Assembly: GCA_965221125.1 (NCBI GenBank) | Contig: CBDCRW010000007.1 | Span: 768,001 to 832,000, forward strand | DNA length: 64,000 nt | Source: Alphaproteobacteria bacterium | Lineage (GTDB): Bacteria; Pseudomonadota; Alphaproteobacteria; UBA828 | Direction of reading: 5' to 3' | Shown: one piece after another, positions 36,954 to 46,728 of the stretch | Position numbering within the stretch: the stretch's first letter is position 1 | How the letters are laid out: each line of letters starts with the position of its first letter | The notes under the pieces: model-generated | What the model was told of the DNA's origin: nothing | The model's database searches: none | Seen by the model: the letters and a program-made list of their open reading frames with translations, nothing else | Position numbers and translations under genes: made by a program

Positions 36954-39923
36954 TCACTCCTTGTTGAGCGCCTCAGCGGGGGCCGCGATGAGGCGTCGAT
37001 AGGCGGCGCGGACGCGATCCTGGCTGCCGACGATCCTCTTCTCAAGGGAGGAAAAGTCTTCCATCGCCATCGCCCGCGCCAGCGTCTCCCGCACGCCCGG
37101 CGTGAAGCGCTCCACGTCTCGATTATGGCCGACGGTGAGACGGAGCAGGCCCTGGAGGCGCTGCAGAAAGGCGGCGCTATCGGCAAGCTCGGCCGCGTCG
37201 TCGGAGTCGAGAATGCCGGCCTCACCCAGCCGCCGGAACGCCGAAGGCGTCGACTGAACGAGAATCGACGGGTGCCGCGCGGCGTGCCGCAGCAGGTGGT
37301 ACTGGGCGATGAATTCGAGATCGAGAACGCCGCCCCGCACATGCTTGAGCCGCCACCTGTTCTCGGTCTTGCGTTCTTTGTCGACCCGTTCCCGCATCGA
37401 CGCGACATCCGCGAGCAGGGTGTCCGCGTCCCGGGGCGCGCAGAGGACCGCTCGAATGCCCTCCATCACGGTTGCGCAAAGCTCCCGGTCGCCCGCCACC
37501 GGCCTCGCGCGGGTGAGCGCCATGTGCTCCCAGGTCCACGCGTCCTGTTCGTGATAGCGGCGAAAGGCAGAAGCTTCGGTGGCGATCGGGCCCGAGCTGC
37601 CGGAGGGGCGCAGCCGCGTGTCGATTTCGTAGAGGCGCCCCTCGGCAGTGTGCGCGCTGAGGGCATGTGTCAGGCGCTGGCTGAAGCGGGCGAAGTAGTG
37701 GCTGGCCGCGAGCCCCTGAGCGCCGTCGGATTGCGCGTCCACCCCGTCGGGCGCGCCATAGACGAAGACCACGTCGAGGTCGCTGTCGAAGGTCATCTCG
37801 CGACTGCCGAGCTTGCCCAGGCCGAGGACCGCGAACGATGCGCCCGGCACGGCGCCGTGACGCCGCGCGAATTCATGCTGCACCTGGGGCAGCAGAGTCG
37901 CGATCGCCGTATCGGCGATGTCCGAGAGAGCGCCGGACAGCCTGTCGGCCGCCACGTCGCCGCGCAGGATCTGCATGCCGACCTGGAACTCGCGCTGGTG
38001 TTGCCAGCGTCTCACGTCGTCGAGCACGGCTTGTCCATCGGCGGCGGGAGCGAGGGTCCGTTGAAGATCGTCACGCAGCTCGTCCCGATCCGGCAGGCGT
38101 TCGTGAAGCTCGCCGCTCACGAGGCCTTCGAGCAGGTCCGGGCTGCGACTCAGGTGCTCGGCGATGCGCGGCGCGCTGCCCAGGATTTCCGCCAGCCGGT
38201 CGAGCAGGCCGGGATTGTCGTGAAGAAGCAGGAAGGGTTGCACACCGGACGGCAAGCCGCGCAGAAATTCGTCGAGCTTGCGGAACGCCGAGTCGGGATC
38301 GGCGGTGCCAGCCAGCGCGCGGAGGAGCGCCGGCATGAGTTCGGTCAGCAGTTCTCTGGCGCGCGTGCTGCGCGTGGCCATGATGCGGCCGTGGTGCCAG
38401 TGGCGCACCGTCGCCGAGACGGCGGTGGCATCGCCGAAGCCCATGCGCCGCAGGCTGGCCAGGGTATCGGGATCATCGGCGGTGCCGGTGAACACCAGGT
38501 TGCCGCCCTCCCCGCCGAGCGCGGGTTCGTCCTCGAAGAGGGCGGCATAGTGCTCCTCGACAGCGTGCGCGTGCGCGAGGAGCGCATCGGCCAGGCCGGC
38601 CTCGTCCTGGAAGCCCATGAGGCGGGCAACTGCGGTGCGGTTGTCCTCGTCGTCCGGTATCAGCAGGTCCGCTTCATCGTCGATCATCTCCAGCCGGTGT
38701 TCGAGCCGGCGGAGAAAGCGGTACGACTCGACCAGCTCGTCGACCGCCTCGCCGCTGGAGCGACTGGCAGCAGCAAGCGAGCGCAGGGCATCGCAGGTCG
38801 CGCGCACGCGTAGCGACGAATCGCGGCCGCCCCAGATCAACTGCTGCGTCTGTGCATAGAGTTCGATCTGGCGAATGCCGCCCCGGCCGCGCTCGATGTC
38901 GTGACCGGCGATGTCGATGGGGCGGCTGTCCGGCTCGACGGCGATCTGTCGCTTGATCGACTGAATGTCCTGGATGGCGGCAAAATCGAGATACTTGCGC
39001 CAGACGAAGGGCCGCAGTCGCTCCATCATGTCCGCGCCGACCGCTGGATCGCCGGCGACCGGGCGCGCCTTGATCATCGCGGCGCGCTCCCAGTTCTGGC
39101 CGTGACTCTCGTAGTACTGTTCCGCCGCCGCGATCGAGAGCGCCAGCGGTGTCGCGCCCATGTTGGGCCTGAATTTGAGATCGGTCCGATAGACGCAGCC
39201 GTCGTCGGTCCGTTCGCCGAGCAGGGTGGCGAGGTCACGAACGAGTCGGTGAAGTGTTTCCGTGGGCTCGCCCCGTCCCCGGTGCTGCACCCGCTCCGGG
39301 TCGAACAACACGAACAGGTTGAGCTGGCTCGAATAGGTGAGCTCGCCCGCGCCAAGCGCACCCACACCGAACACGGCAAGCCCGCACGCCAACGCCGGCT
39401 GATCGCGGTCCACGGGCACAAGGCTGCCGCGCGCGGCTGCCTCCTCGAGTAACTGGCCAAGTGCGCACGCAACGGCGGCATCGGCGAGCCGGGTCAGCGA
39501 CGCGGCTACCTCTTCATGCTGCCAGGCGCCGGCAATGTCGGCCAGCGCGACAGTAAGCGATGCCCGCCGCTTGGCCGCCCGGAGCCGCTGTTGCAGGGCA
39601 CGACGGCCATCGGGGCGATGCGCGATACCCGATATCTCTTCAAGTATGTCCGCTAACGCGGCGTTCGGGCCATGCTCGGCCGCCGCGCGGAGCTGGGCCG
39701 GTTCGCGGGCCAGCCACCGGCCGAGAGCGGGGCCGTTGCCGAACACGCCATCCATGAACGCTGAAGCGCGTCGATCGCCGACAAGCGCATTGGCGAAGGT
39801 TTCATCGGTGCCGCCGAGCGCCGCCGCCGCTGTCAGCCAGGCATCGCGCCCAGCGCGCGCGCGCGCGCCCGAGATCGGCTCGGGGCACATTGCGTCATCC
39901 TGAAGGAAAGGCAGAAGCGACAC
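36954..39923 (-). CDS. glnE: Glutamine synthetase adenylyltransferase/adenylyl-removing enzyme (N-terminal active site degenerate)
   Basis: Two nucleotidyltransferase repeats; YYESHGQNWERAAMIKAR, FVWRKYLDF, GKLGSREM..SDLD, DTRLRPSG, WEHMALTRAR. Confidence 0.94.
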   Translation of the reverse strand: MSLLPFLQDDAMCPEPISGARARAGRDAWLTAAAALGGTDETFANALVGDRRASAFMDGVFGNGPALGRWLAREPAQLRAAAEHGPNAALADILEEISGIAHRPDGRRALQQRLRAAKRRASLTVALADIAGAWQHEEVAASLTRLADAAVACALGQLLEEAAARGSLVPVDRDQPALACGLAVFGVGALGAGELTYSSQLNLFVLFDPERVQHRGRGEPTETLHRLVRDLATLLGERTDDGCVYRTDLKFRPNMGATPLALSIAAAEQYYESHGQNWERAAMIKARPVAGDPAVGADMMERLRPFVWRKYLDFAAIQDIQSIKRQIAVEPDSRPIDIAGHDIERGRGGIRQIELYAQTQQLIWGGRDSSLRVRATCDALRSLAAASRSSGEAVDELVESYRFLRRLEHRLEMIDDEADLLIPDDEDNRTAVARLMGFQDEAGLADALLAHAHAVEEHYAALFEDEPALGGEGGNLVFTGTADDPDTLASLRRMGFGDATAVSATVRHWHHGRIMATRSTRARELLTELMPALLRALAGTADPDSAFRKLDEFLRGLPSGVQPFLLLHDNPGLLDRLAEILGSAPRIAEHLSRSPDLLEGLVSGELHERLPDRDELRDDLQRTLAPAADGQAVLDDVRRWQHQREFQVGMQILRGDVAADRLSGALSDIADTAIATLLPQVQHEFARRHGAVPGASFAVLGLGKLGSREMTFDSDLDVVFVYGAPDGVDAQSDGAQGLAASHYFARFSQRLTHALSAHTAEGRLYEIDTRLRPSGSSGPIATEASAFRRYHEQDAWTWEHMALTRARPVAGDRELCATVMEGIRAVLCAPRDADTLLADVASMRERVDKERKTENRWRLKHVRGGVLDLEFIAQYHLLRHAARHPSILVQSTPSAFRRLGEAGILDSDDAAELADSAAFLQRLQGLLRLTVGHNRDVERFTPGVRETLARAMAMEDFSSLEKRIVGSQDRVRAAYRRLIAAPAEALNKE

Positions 39924-40020
39924 CGCGCGCCGATTGTATTACAACGATTGGCGCGAAGAATAGGCAAAGGGAGCAGGGGGAGCACCGGCGCGGCGGGGGA
40001 GCCGCCTCCGGTTGATCGAA

Positions 40021-43000
40021 ATGAGATCGACGGCCCGCATCGCTCTCCAAGTGTTCGGCGCCCTGTTCGGCGTGCTTGCCGTTCTCTTCGCCCTCGGCGC
40101 GTGGCGGCTGTCGAGCGGCCCGCTTTCGCTGGGATTCCTCTCCCCCTACATCCAGGAGGCCCTCGAGGGCGAAGACCTTCCCTATCGCTTCGAGTTCGAG
40201 GATACCGTCCTCGTCTGGGCGGGCTGGGGCGAAGCTCTCGAATTCCACTTGACCGATCTCCGCATCGCCGACACGAATGGCCACACTCTGGCTGCGGTTC
40301 CGGCCGCCTCGCTGGGCCTGAGCGGCACCTCCCTGTTGCGCGGCAGCATCGCGCCGACGTCGATAGAGCTGATCGAGCCGCGCCTCGGCCTCGTTCGCAG
40401 ACCCGACGGGAGCGTGCACCTCGCCACGAGCGGCGAGGGAGTGAGCACGGACGATGCCGCCAGCGATGCGCTCGTTGCCGACCTGCTTGACCCGCCCCGC
40501 GACGATCACCCGTTATCACAGTTAAGGCGGGTGAGCCTCCGGGATGCCGCCCTCGTCCTTCACGACGAAGTGACCGAACACGACTGGAAGGCGCCGCGTG
40601 CCGATCTCACCCTCAACCTCGACGACGATGCGGTCCTGGGACATCTGTCGATGGAGCTGCAGGTGCAGGACCTGGAGACCCATCTCGAGGTGGAGCTGTT
40701 CCATCACCGCGAGAGCAAGATGGGGAGCGCCGCCATCGGGTTCGCCGGGTTGAACCTGGCCGAGCTTGCCTTCATCGTCCCCGAGCTAGACGACTTCGCT
40801 GGCTTGCGCGTTCCTCTCTCCGGCACGCTCGCGTTCGATATCGCTCCCGGTGGCATTCTCGGCGGCGTGGTCTTCGATGTCGCAGGTGGGGCGGGGGAAA
40901 TCTCCTTGGCCGAGATCCTGCCCACACCGCTTCCGGTTCGCCGGCTCGCCGCCGCGGGCTCGGTCGACGGCGAGCTTTCGCGGCTTGCTCTCAGGGCGCT
41001 CGAAGTCGATACCGACCGCCCCCAATTCCGCCTCGATGGCGAATTGTGGCGAACGGATGCCGGCGTCGGCATCGAGGGGCGGTTCCAGGCAATGGACATG
41101 CCGCTTGACCAACTCGGTACGTACTGGCCGGAGACGTTCATCGAGAACGGCCGCGAATGGATCGTGCAGAACGTCACGGACGGCGTGATCACTCAGTTCG
41201 ACGCCGCTCTCGATATCGAGCCGGGCGACTTTGAAGCCGACCGCTTCGGCGCATCGTCCGCGGTGGGGTCGCTCGAGTTCAAGGATGCGAGCATCCATTA
41301 CTTACGGCCGATGCCACCTGTGACGGGTGTCGACGGAACTGTGCGCTTCACCGGGGATTCTCTGGACATCGCGATGAGCGGGGGCCGCGTCGCAGGGACC
41401 GATGCGCGGCGCGGGACCGCCCTGGTGAGCGACATCCACTCGGCGGTGCCGCGAATGGCGGTGATGGTCGAGGCGGAAGGACCTCTGACCGATGCCCTTA
41501 CCCTGATGGATCATCCTCGGCTCAAGCTGGTGAGCAGCCTCGACCTGGAGCTGGCGTTGACCGGCGGCAGCGTGCACTCCCTGTTCGCTCTTGAGTTCCC
41601 GTTGCTCAAGGAGGTCGAGGCGGAGCAGATCGACGTAAGCGCCGTCGCCCGCGTGCGGGATGTCGGGGTCGAGGAGGTTGCCGGCGTCCTGGACATCACG
41701 GAGGGGGCTCTGCGCCTCGGCGCCGACACCGCAAGCATGGACGTGCGCGGCACGGTCACGCTCGAAGGCGTGCCGGCCACGATCGCTTGGCAACAGCACT
41801 TCAGCGATAATGCTCCATTCGCACGTCAAATCGACGTGTCGACAACGATGACGCCGGAAGGGCAGTCCGCCCTGGGTCTCGACCTGGCGCCTTACGTCGA
41901 GGGGAGCTTCGTCGTCGACGCGATGTACACCGATCCAGGGGCCGGCGAGACGCCGCACGCGGCGTTCGCGCTCGACGTGTCCGAGGCAAGACTGGAGATC
42001 CCGGAGCTCTATTGGGACAAGCCAGCCGGTTCGCCAGGGTCGGTGCGCGTTCTCGCCAACACTCCATCGGAGGGTGCGGTCGAGCTCACCGAGGTCGAGA
42101 TCGAAACGGAGACGCTCTATGGCCTCGGTCGGGTCTCGCTCGCGCGCGAGCTCGGCGGCGTTCGCGACATTACGATCGCGAGACTGCGACACGGAGCCAC
42201 GGACATATCCGGCAGGGTCGAGACTACTGACGCTTCGACCAACATCTCGATCCGGGGCGCCAGTCTGGATGCGCGGCCCTATTTCAGCGAACTGACCACC
42301 GAAGGCGCTCCTGAATTCGGCGAGTACGTGCTCGATATCGATGTCGAACGCCTCCTGACGTCGGACGATCAGCAGTTGACGGGCTTTCGCGCCCGGTTCG
42401 AGGCTGGCGCGGAAAGCGGTCACGTCGGGTTCATGGAAGGAACGTTGGCGACGGGCGCGCCTGTGCGCGTCACCCTCCAGCCACACGAGGGGGAGCGGCT
42501 GCTGACCGTGCGCTCGCGCGACGCAGGCGCCGTAGCCCGCACCTTCGGCATCTACGACAACGCCGTGGGCGGCGAGCTCTCGATGGAGGCGGTGGTGCAC
42601 GACGACCGGCCGGGCAAACCCATCACCGGCACGGTCCGCATAGAAGACTACCGCGTGACCAACGCCCCGACGCTGGCGAAGCTGCTCTCCATCGCGACGC
42701 TGACCGGAATTGTGGATGAGTTGCAGGGCGAGGAGGGGATCGCCTTCTCGCAGTTCGAGATGCCGTTTTCGATCGAAGAAAGTCTACTCACCATTCGGGA
42801 TGGACAGACTTCGGGCTTCGCGCTCGGCGTCAACGTGGGAGGGGCCGTCGATCTTGAGACGGATCAGGTGGCTTTGGACGGTACACTCGTGCCGGCCTAT
42901 ACGCTCAACACCATTTTCGACGCCATTCCGATCTTGGGCGATTTGCTGACCGGCGGCGAAGGCGAGGGCCTGTTCGCGGCGTCGTTTCGTGTCGGCGGGA

Positions 43001-43095
43001 CGACCGAGGAGCCTGACATCTCGGTGAATCCGCTGTCCATCCTGGCGCCAGGATTCGTCCGCGATCTGTTTCCGTTCCTCAAGGGCAACGAGTAG
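40021..43095 (+). CDS. YhdP/AsmA-like protein (DUF3971 + AsmA_2 type)
   Basis: N-terminal TM then WRLSSGP; C-terminal GTLVPAYTLN..IPILG..GEGEGLFA..VNPLSILAPG; typical divergent neighbour of glnE. Confidence 0.88.
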   Translation: MRSTARIALQVFGALFGVLAVLFALGAWRLSSGPLSLGFLSPYIQEALEGEDLPYRFEFEDTVLVWAGWGEALEFHLTDLRIADTNGHTLAAVPAASLGLSGTSLLRGSIAPTSIELIEPRLGLVRRPDGSVHLATSGEGVSTDDAASDALVADLLDPPRDDHPLSQLRRVSLRDAALVLHDEVTEHDWKAPRADLTLNLDDDAVLGHLSMELQVQDLETHLEVELFHHRESKMGSAAIGFAGLNLAELAFIVPELDDFAGLRVPLSGTLAFDIAPGGILGGVVFDVAGGAGEISLAEILPTPLPVRRLAAAGSVDGELSRLALRALEVDTDRPQFRLDGELWRTDAGVGIEGRFQAMDMPLDQLGTYWPETFIENGREWIVQNVTDGVITQFDAALDIEPGDFEADRFGASSAVGSLEFKDASIHYLRPMPPVTGVDGTVRFTGDSLDIAMSGGRVAGTDARRGTALVSDIHSAVPRMAVMVEAEGPLTDALTLMDHPRLKLVSSLDLELALTGGSVHSLFALEFPLLKEVEAEQIDVSAVARVRDVGVEEVAGVLDITEGALRLGADTASMDVRGTVTLEGVPATIAWQQHFSDNAPFARQIDVSTTMTPEGQSALGLDLAPYVEGSFVVDAMYTDPGAGETPHAAFALDVSEARLEIPELYWDKPAGSPGSVRVLANTPSEGAVELTEVEIETETLYGLGRVSLARELGGVRDITIARLRHGATDISGRVETTDASTNISIRGASLDARPYFSELTTEGAPEFGEYVLDIDVERLLTSDDQQLTGFRARFEAGAESGHVGFMEGTLATGAPVRVTLQPHEGERLLTVRSRDAGAVARTFGIYDNAVGGELSMEAVVHDDRPGKPITGTVRIEDYRVTNAPTLAKLLSIATLTGIVDELQGEEGIAFSQFEMPFSIEESLLTIRDGQTSGFALGVNVGGAVDLETDQVALDGTLVPAYTLNTIFDAIPILGDLLTGGEGEGLFAASFRVGGTTEEPDISVNPLSILAPGFVRDLFPFLKGNE

Positions 43096-43143
43096 ACGGA
43101 ATCCGGGTAGCTGCTGCGATGCGGCTGACCAGAACTCGGCGGG

Positions 43144-43806
43144 TTATATCGTCGGGGAAGGGGACTCGGCGTTGCTGTCGCTGCCGGCAGCCGTGGCAAG
43201 CTCGAAGACCCGCTCGAAGACGTCCGGCGGCTGCGCGCCGGAAACCGCATACTTGCCCTCGAAGATGAAGCAGGGCACGCCGGATATGCCCATGCGGCTC
43301 GCCGCCTCGCTTTCCCTGCGCACGTGCTCGGCCCCGTCAGTGCCAGCCAGGAAGTTCTCCACGGCTTCTTCGTCGAGGCCGCCGTCCACGCCAGCCGCGG
43401 CAAGGACGGCGCGGTCGCCGATGTCCTCGCCCTGCTCGAAGTAACGGCGAAACAGGGCCTCGACCACCTGGTCCTGTACGCCCTGCTGCCCGGCGTACTC
43501 GATCAGCCGGTGCGAATCGACCGTATTCGGCGTGCGTGCGATGCGATCGAAGACGAATTGGATGCCCTCTGCTTCGCCGGCCTGCTCGATGGTCCCAAAA
43601 ATCTCGGCGACCCGCTCCTCGGAGCCGAACTTGGCCACCATGTAGCGCTGACGGTCCACGCCGTCGGCCGGCATGTCGGGATTGAGCTGGAACGGGCGCC
43701 ACTCGACCGCAAGGTCGGCGGGCCGGCCGGCGCGCGCACGCTCGAAGCGACGCTTGCCGATGTAGCACCAAGGGCAAATCGTGTCGGAAACGATGGAGAC
43801 CTGCAT
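43144..43806 (-). CDS. DsbA family oxidoreductase (FrnE-like)
   Basis: SDTICPWCYIGKRR, PFQLNP, GVP, SGAQP. Confidence 0.93.
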   Translation of the reverse strand: MQVSIVSDTICPWCYIGKRRFERARAGRPADLAVEWRPFQLNPDMPADGVDRQRYMVAKFGSEERVAEIFGTIEQAGEAEGIQFVFDRIARTPNTVDSHRLIEYAGQQGVQDQVVEALFRRYFEQGEDIGDRAVLAAAGVDGGLDEEAVENFLAGTDGAEHVRRESEAASRMGISGVPCFIFEGKYAVSGAQPPDVFERVFELATAAGSDSNAESPSPTI

Positions 43807-44136
43807 TGCGCGAGTATAGCCGGCAGCTCGCCATCCTGCGAGCCGAGACAGGATGGCACAACCGAGGTGTGCGGACCGGCGGCACCCCACGTCTGCCTGC
43901 GCCAACGCGCCAGTCGTGCTTAGTTAGCATGCCAATAAATATGTCGCGGAGTGACAAGCGTCATTTCGAGCATGTGGTCGAATCGACGACCGGCACCGCC
44001 CATGCCCATTCGGCCAACGACGCAGATGGCACGCCGGAGAACGCAGGGTAAGCCCTGCAGCAACACCACCTTATTCGGAAAATATTTCTACTGGTTAGAT
44101 GATTAGAGTGTTTTGTTTATTTTCTGATCGAAGAAC

Positions 44137-44166
44137 GCCGGCGGTGCTGATGTTGGCACCGCCGGC
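44137..44166 (-). terminator. Hairpin terminator after the aminotransferase
   Basis: GCCGGCGGTGC-8 nt-GCACCGCCGGC just past the stop, followed by GTTCTT on the minus strand. Confidence 0.6.
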
Positions 44167-44171
44167 ACCGG

Positions 44172-45575
44172 CTACTCTGCCGAGGCGGCGAGGGGGACCG
44201 GCCCCATGCCTTCGCGGGTGGCGGTGTCGGCGATCTCGTCGAGCACCGCGCCGAGGGAGTCCATCAGCTCGCCGATCTGCTCGGCCGTGATCGAGAAGGG
44301 CGGAGCAACGATGACGGCATCGCCGATGGGCCGCGTGATTAGCCCGCGCGCGTAGGCCGCCTGAACGATGCGCTCGCCGATCTCGTGCTCCGGCGCGAAA
44401 GGACGCTTGCCGGGCTTGTCTGCAACGATCTCGAGCGCGCCGAGGAGACCCACATGCCGCACCTCGCCCACCAGCGGATGGCTCTCGAAGCCCTCGAGCG
44501 CCGCCTTCAGGGTGGGGGCGACCGCCTTCACGTTGTCCAGGAGGCCACCGGGCTCCGTGATGAGCGCAATCGCTTCCAGCGCAACCGCCGCTGCCCCCGG
44601 GCTGCCGCCGGTGGTGAAGCCGTGGGGAAACTCGTCGTAGGCCTCGGCGGCAACGCGCAGCCGGCGGTCCATCTCCGGCGAGAGCAATACCGCCCCCATC
44701 GGCATGTAGCCGGAGGTGAGAGCCTTGGAGGTCACCACGATGTCCGGCGTGAATTCGTATGTCTGGGCGCCCCAGAGATTGCCCGTGCGGCCGAGGCCGG
44801 TGACCACCTCGTCGGCGACCAAGGGGATGCCGTGGCGGTTGAGAACCGCCTGAATCTTCGGGAAATAGCCGGCCGGTGGCGGCACCGCGCCACCTGCGCC
44901 CATGACGGGCTCGGCGAAGAATCCGGCGATGGTCTCCGCTCCCTCGGCCTCGATCAGGCTTTCGAGCTCCGCCGCAAGGCGGTCGGAATAGGCTTCTTCG
45001 CTCTCGCCTGGATGCGCGTTGCGCCAGTGGTGCGGCGCCTCGGCATAGAGCACCTCCGGCAGCGGCAGACCGAATGCGTTGATGTAGGGCTTGCCGTTCA
45101 GACTGCAGGACGCGACGGTGGTGCCGTGATAGGCCATGGAGCGCGAGATGAGCTTGCGCCGCTCCGGCTCGCCCGCGCCCCGCGCCATCATCCACAGCAT
45201 CTTGATGGTGGTGTCGTTGGCCTCTGACCCCGAGTTCACGAAGTAGACCCGCGCCACGTCCATCGGCGCGATCTCCACCAGCTTCTCGGCGAGCACGACC
45301 GGCGGCAGCGCGGTGCGCCCGAAGAACGTGTGGTAGGCGGGCATCTGCGCCATCGCCTCCTGGGCCGCCTGCACCAGCCTGGGCTCGCTGAAACCCGCGA
45401 CGACGTTCCACAGGCCGGACACGCTCTCCAGATAGCGCTTGCCATGCGTGTCGTGGACATAGATACCTTCGCCTCGCTCCAGCACGAGCGGGCCGTCCCG
45501 CTCCAGGCTGGGAAGATGCGTGAAGGAATGAAGATGATGCGCGAGATCGCGCGCCTCGGGGGAGTTCAGCGCCAT
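44172..45575 (-). CDS. Class III aminotransferase (omega-transaminase-like)
   Basis: NSGSEAND, AYHG, FFAEP, ADEVVTGLGRTG, SKALTSGY. Confidence 0.93.
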   Translation of the reverse strand: MALNSPEARDLAHHLHSFTHLPSLERDGPLVLERGEGIYVHDTHGKRYLESVSGLWNVVAGFSEPRLVQAAQEAMAQMPAYHTFFGRTALPPVVLAEKLVEIAPMDVARVYFVNSGSEANDTTIKMLWMMARGAGEPERRKLISRSMAYHGTTVASCSLNGKPYINAFGLPLPEVLYAEAPHHWRNAHPGESEEAYSDRLAAELESLIEAEGAETIAGFFAEPVMGAGGAVPPPAGYFPKIQAVLNRHGIPLVADEVVTGLGRTGNLWGAQTYEFTPDIVVTSKALTSGYMPMGAVLLSPEMDRRLRVAAEAYDEFPHGFTTGGSPGAAAVALEAIALITEPGGLLDNVKAVAPTLKAALEGFESHPLVGEVRHVGLLGALEIVADKPGKRPFAPEHEIGERIVQAAYARGLITRPIGDAVIVAPPFSITAEQIGELMDSLGAVLDEIADTATREGMGPVPLAASAE

Positions 45576-45655
45576 CGCTCGGAACCTCGTACCGTTCGGT
45601 TGGTGCCGGCACGCTCCGCTGACCGTCGCGTTCGACCGCGAGCAGCGGAGCCACC

Positions 45656-46621
45656 ATGCCAAAAGTAATCATACACGATGCAATCGACGAGGCGGGACTC
45701 GATCTTCTTGAACGCCGCGCGGACCTGGAAATCTGCGAGGTGGCGCGGGACGATGACGAGCGGCTCTGCCGCGAGATCGCGGACGCCGACGGCCTCATCC
45801 TGCGCTATCTGCCGCTCGGCGCCGAAGCGCTCGCGGCCTCCACCCGGCTCAAGGTGATCGCGCGGCACGGTGTCGGCTGCGACAACATCGACCTGGCGAC
45901 GGCGACAGCGATGAAGATTCCCGTCGCCACGGTGGGCGACGCCAATGCGGTCACGGTCGCCGAGCTCACCCTCTACTTCATGCTGGCGTTGGCCAAGAAG
46001 AGCCGGCACTACGACGACTCGGTGCGGCGTGGCGACTTTCTCGTGCGCGAGGCTGCCGACCACCTGGAACTCTATGGGCGCACCGTGCTGATCATCGGTT
46101 TCGGGCGCATCGGACGGCGCGTTGCGGCGCGCTGCCGCGCCTTCGAGATGACGGTCCAATGCTGCGATCCCTACATTCCGCAACAGGACATAATCGATGC
46201 CGGGTGTACGCCGGTCGCAAGTCTTGCCGAGGCATTACCCAGGGCGGACTACGTGAGCGTACACGTGCCGCTGAACGATGAGACGCGGCATCTAGTCGAT
46301 CGGACGGTGCTCAACTCGATGAAACCGGGTGCGATCTTCGTCAATGCGGCGCGGGGACCCATCGTGGATGGCAAGGCTCTCCACGAGGCCCTGGAAGCGG
46401 GGCATTTGGCCGGGGCGGGCCTCGACGTATTCGACGAAGAACCGCCGCGACTCGACGACCCACTATTGCAACATCCCTCCACGTTGCTCATGCCGCATAT
46501 GGGAGGCTCGTCCCGCGGCGCTTTTGTCCGCATGGCGACACGGTGCGCGCAAAACGTGCTCGACGCGCTGGATGACCGCCTCGATTCTTCGTTTGTAATC
46601 AACTCTCAAGCTCTGGAATAA
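45656..46621 (+). CDS. D-2-hydroxyacid dehydrogenase (SerA-like)
   Basis: RHGVGCDNID, GFGRIG, VNAARG, LDVFDEEP, PHMG. Confidence 0.92.
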   Translation: MPKVIIHDAIDEAGLDLLERRADLEICEVARDDDERLCREIADADGLILRYLPLGAEALAASTRLKVIARHGVGCDNIDLATATAMKIPVATVGDANAVTVAELTLYFMLALAKKSRHYDDSVRRGDFLVREAADHLELYGRTVLIIGFGRIGRRVAARCRAFEMTVQCCDPYIPQQDIIDAGCTPVASLAEALPRADYVSVHVPLNDETRHLVDRTVLNSMKPGAIFVNAARGPIVDGKALHEALEAGHLAGAGLDVFDEEPPRLDDPLLQHPSTLLMPHMGGSSRGAFVRMATRCAQNVLDALDDRLDSSFVINSQALE

Positions 46622-46728
46622 GCGACCGTCCGGCGCACTCGGGCCAAACCTCGATCACCAACGCTTGAATGGCGCCGAAACAAATAGGGGTTGGCGCGAC
46701 GATACCCGGCGTGTCATAGGGGCCCGCC

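Noticed and set aside
36846-38813. 655-aa plus-strand ORF
   Set aside because: Antisense shadow of glnE
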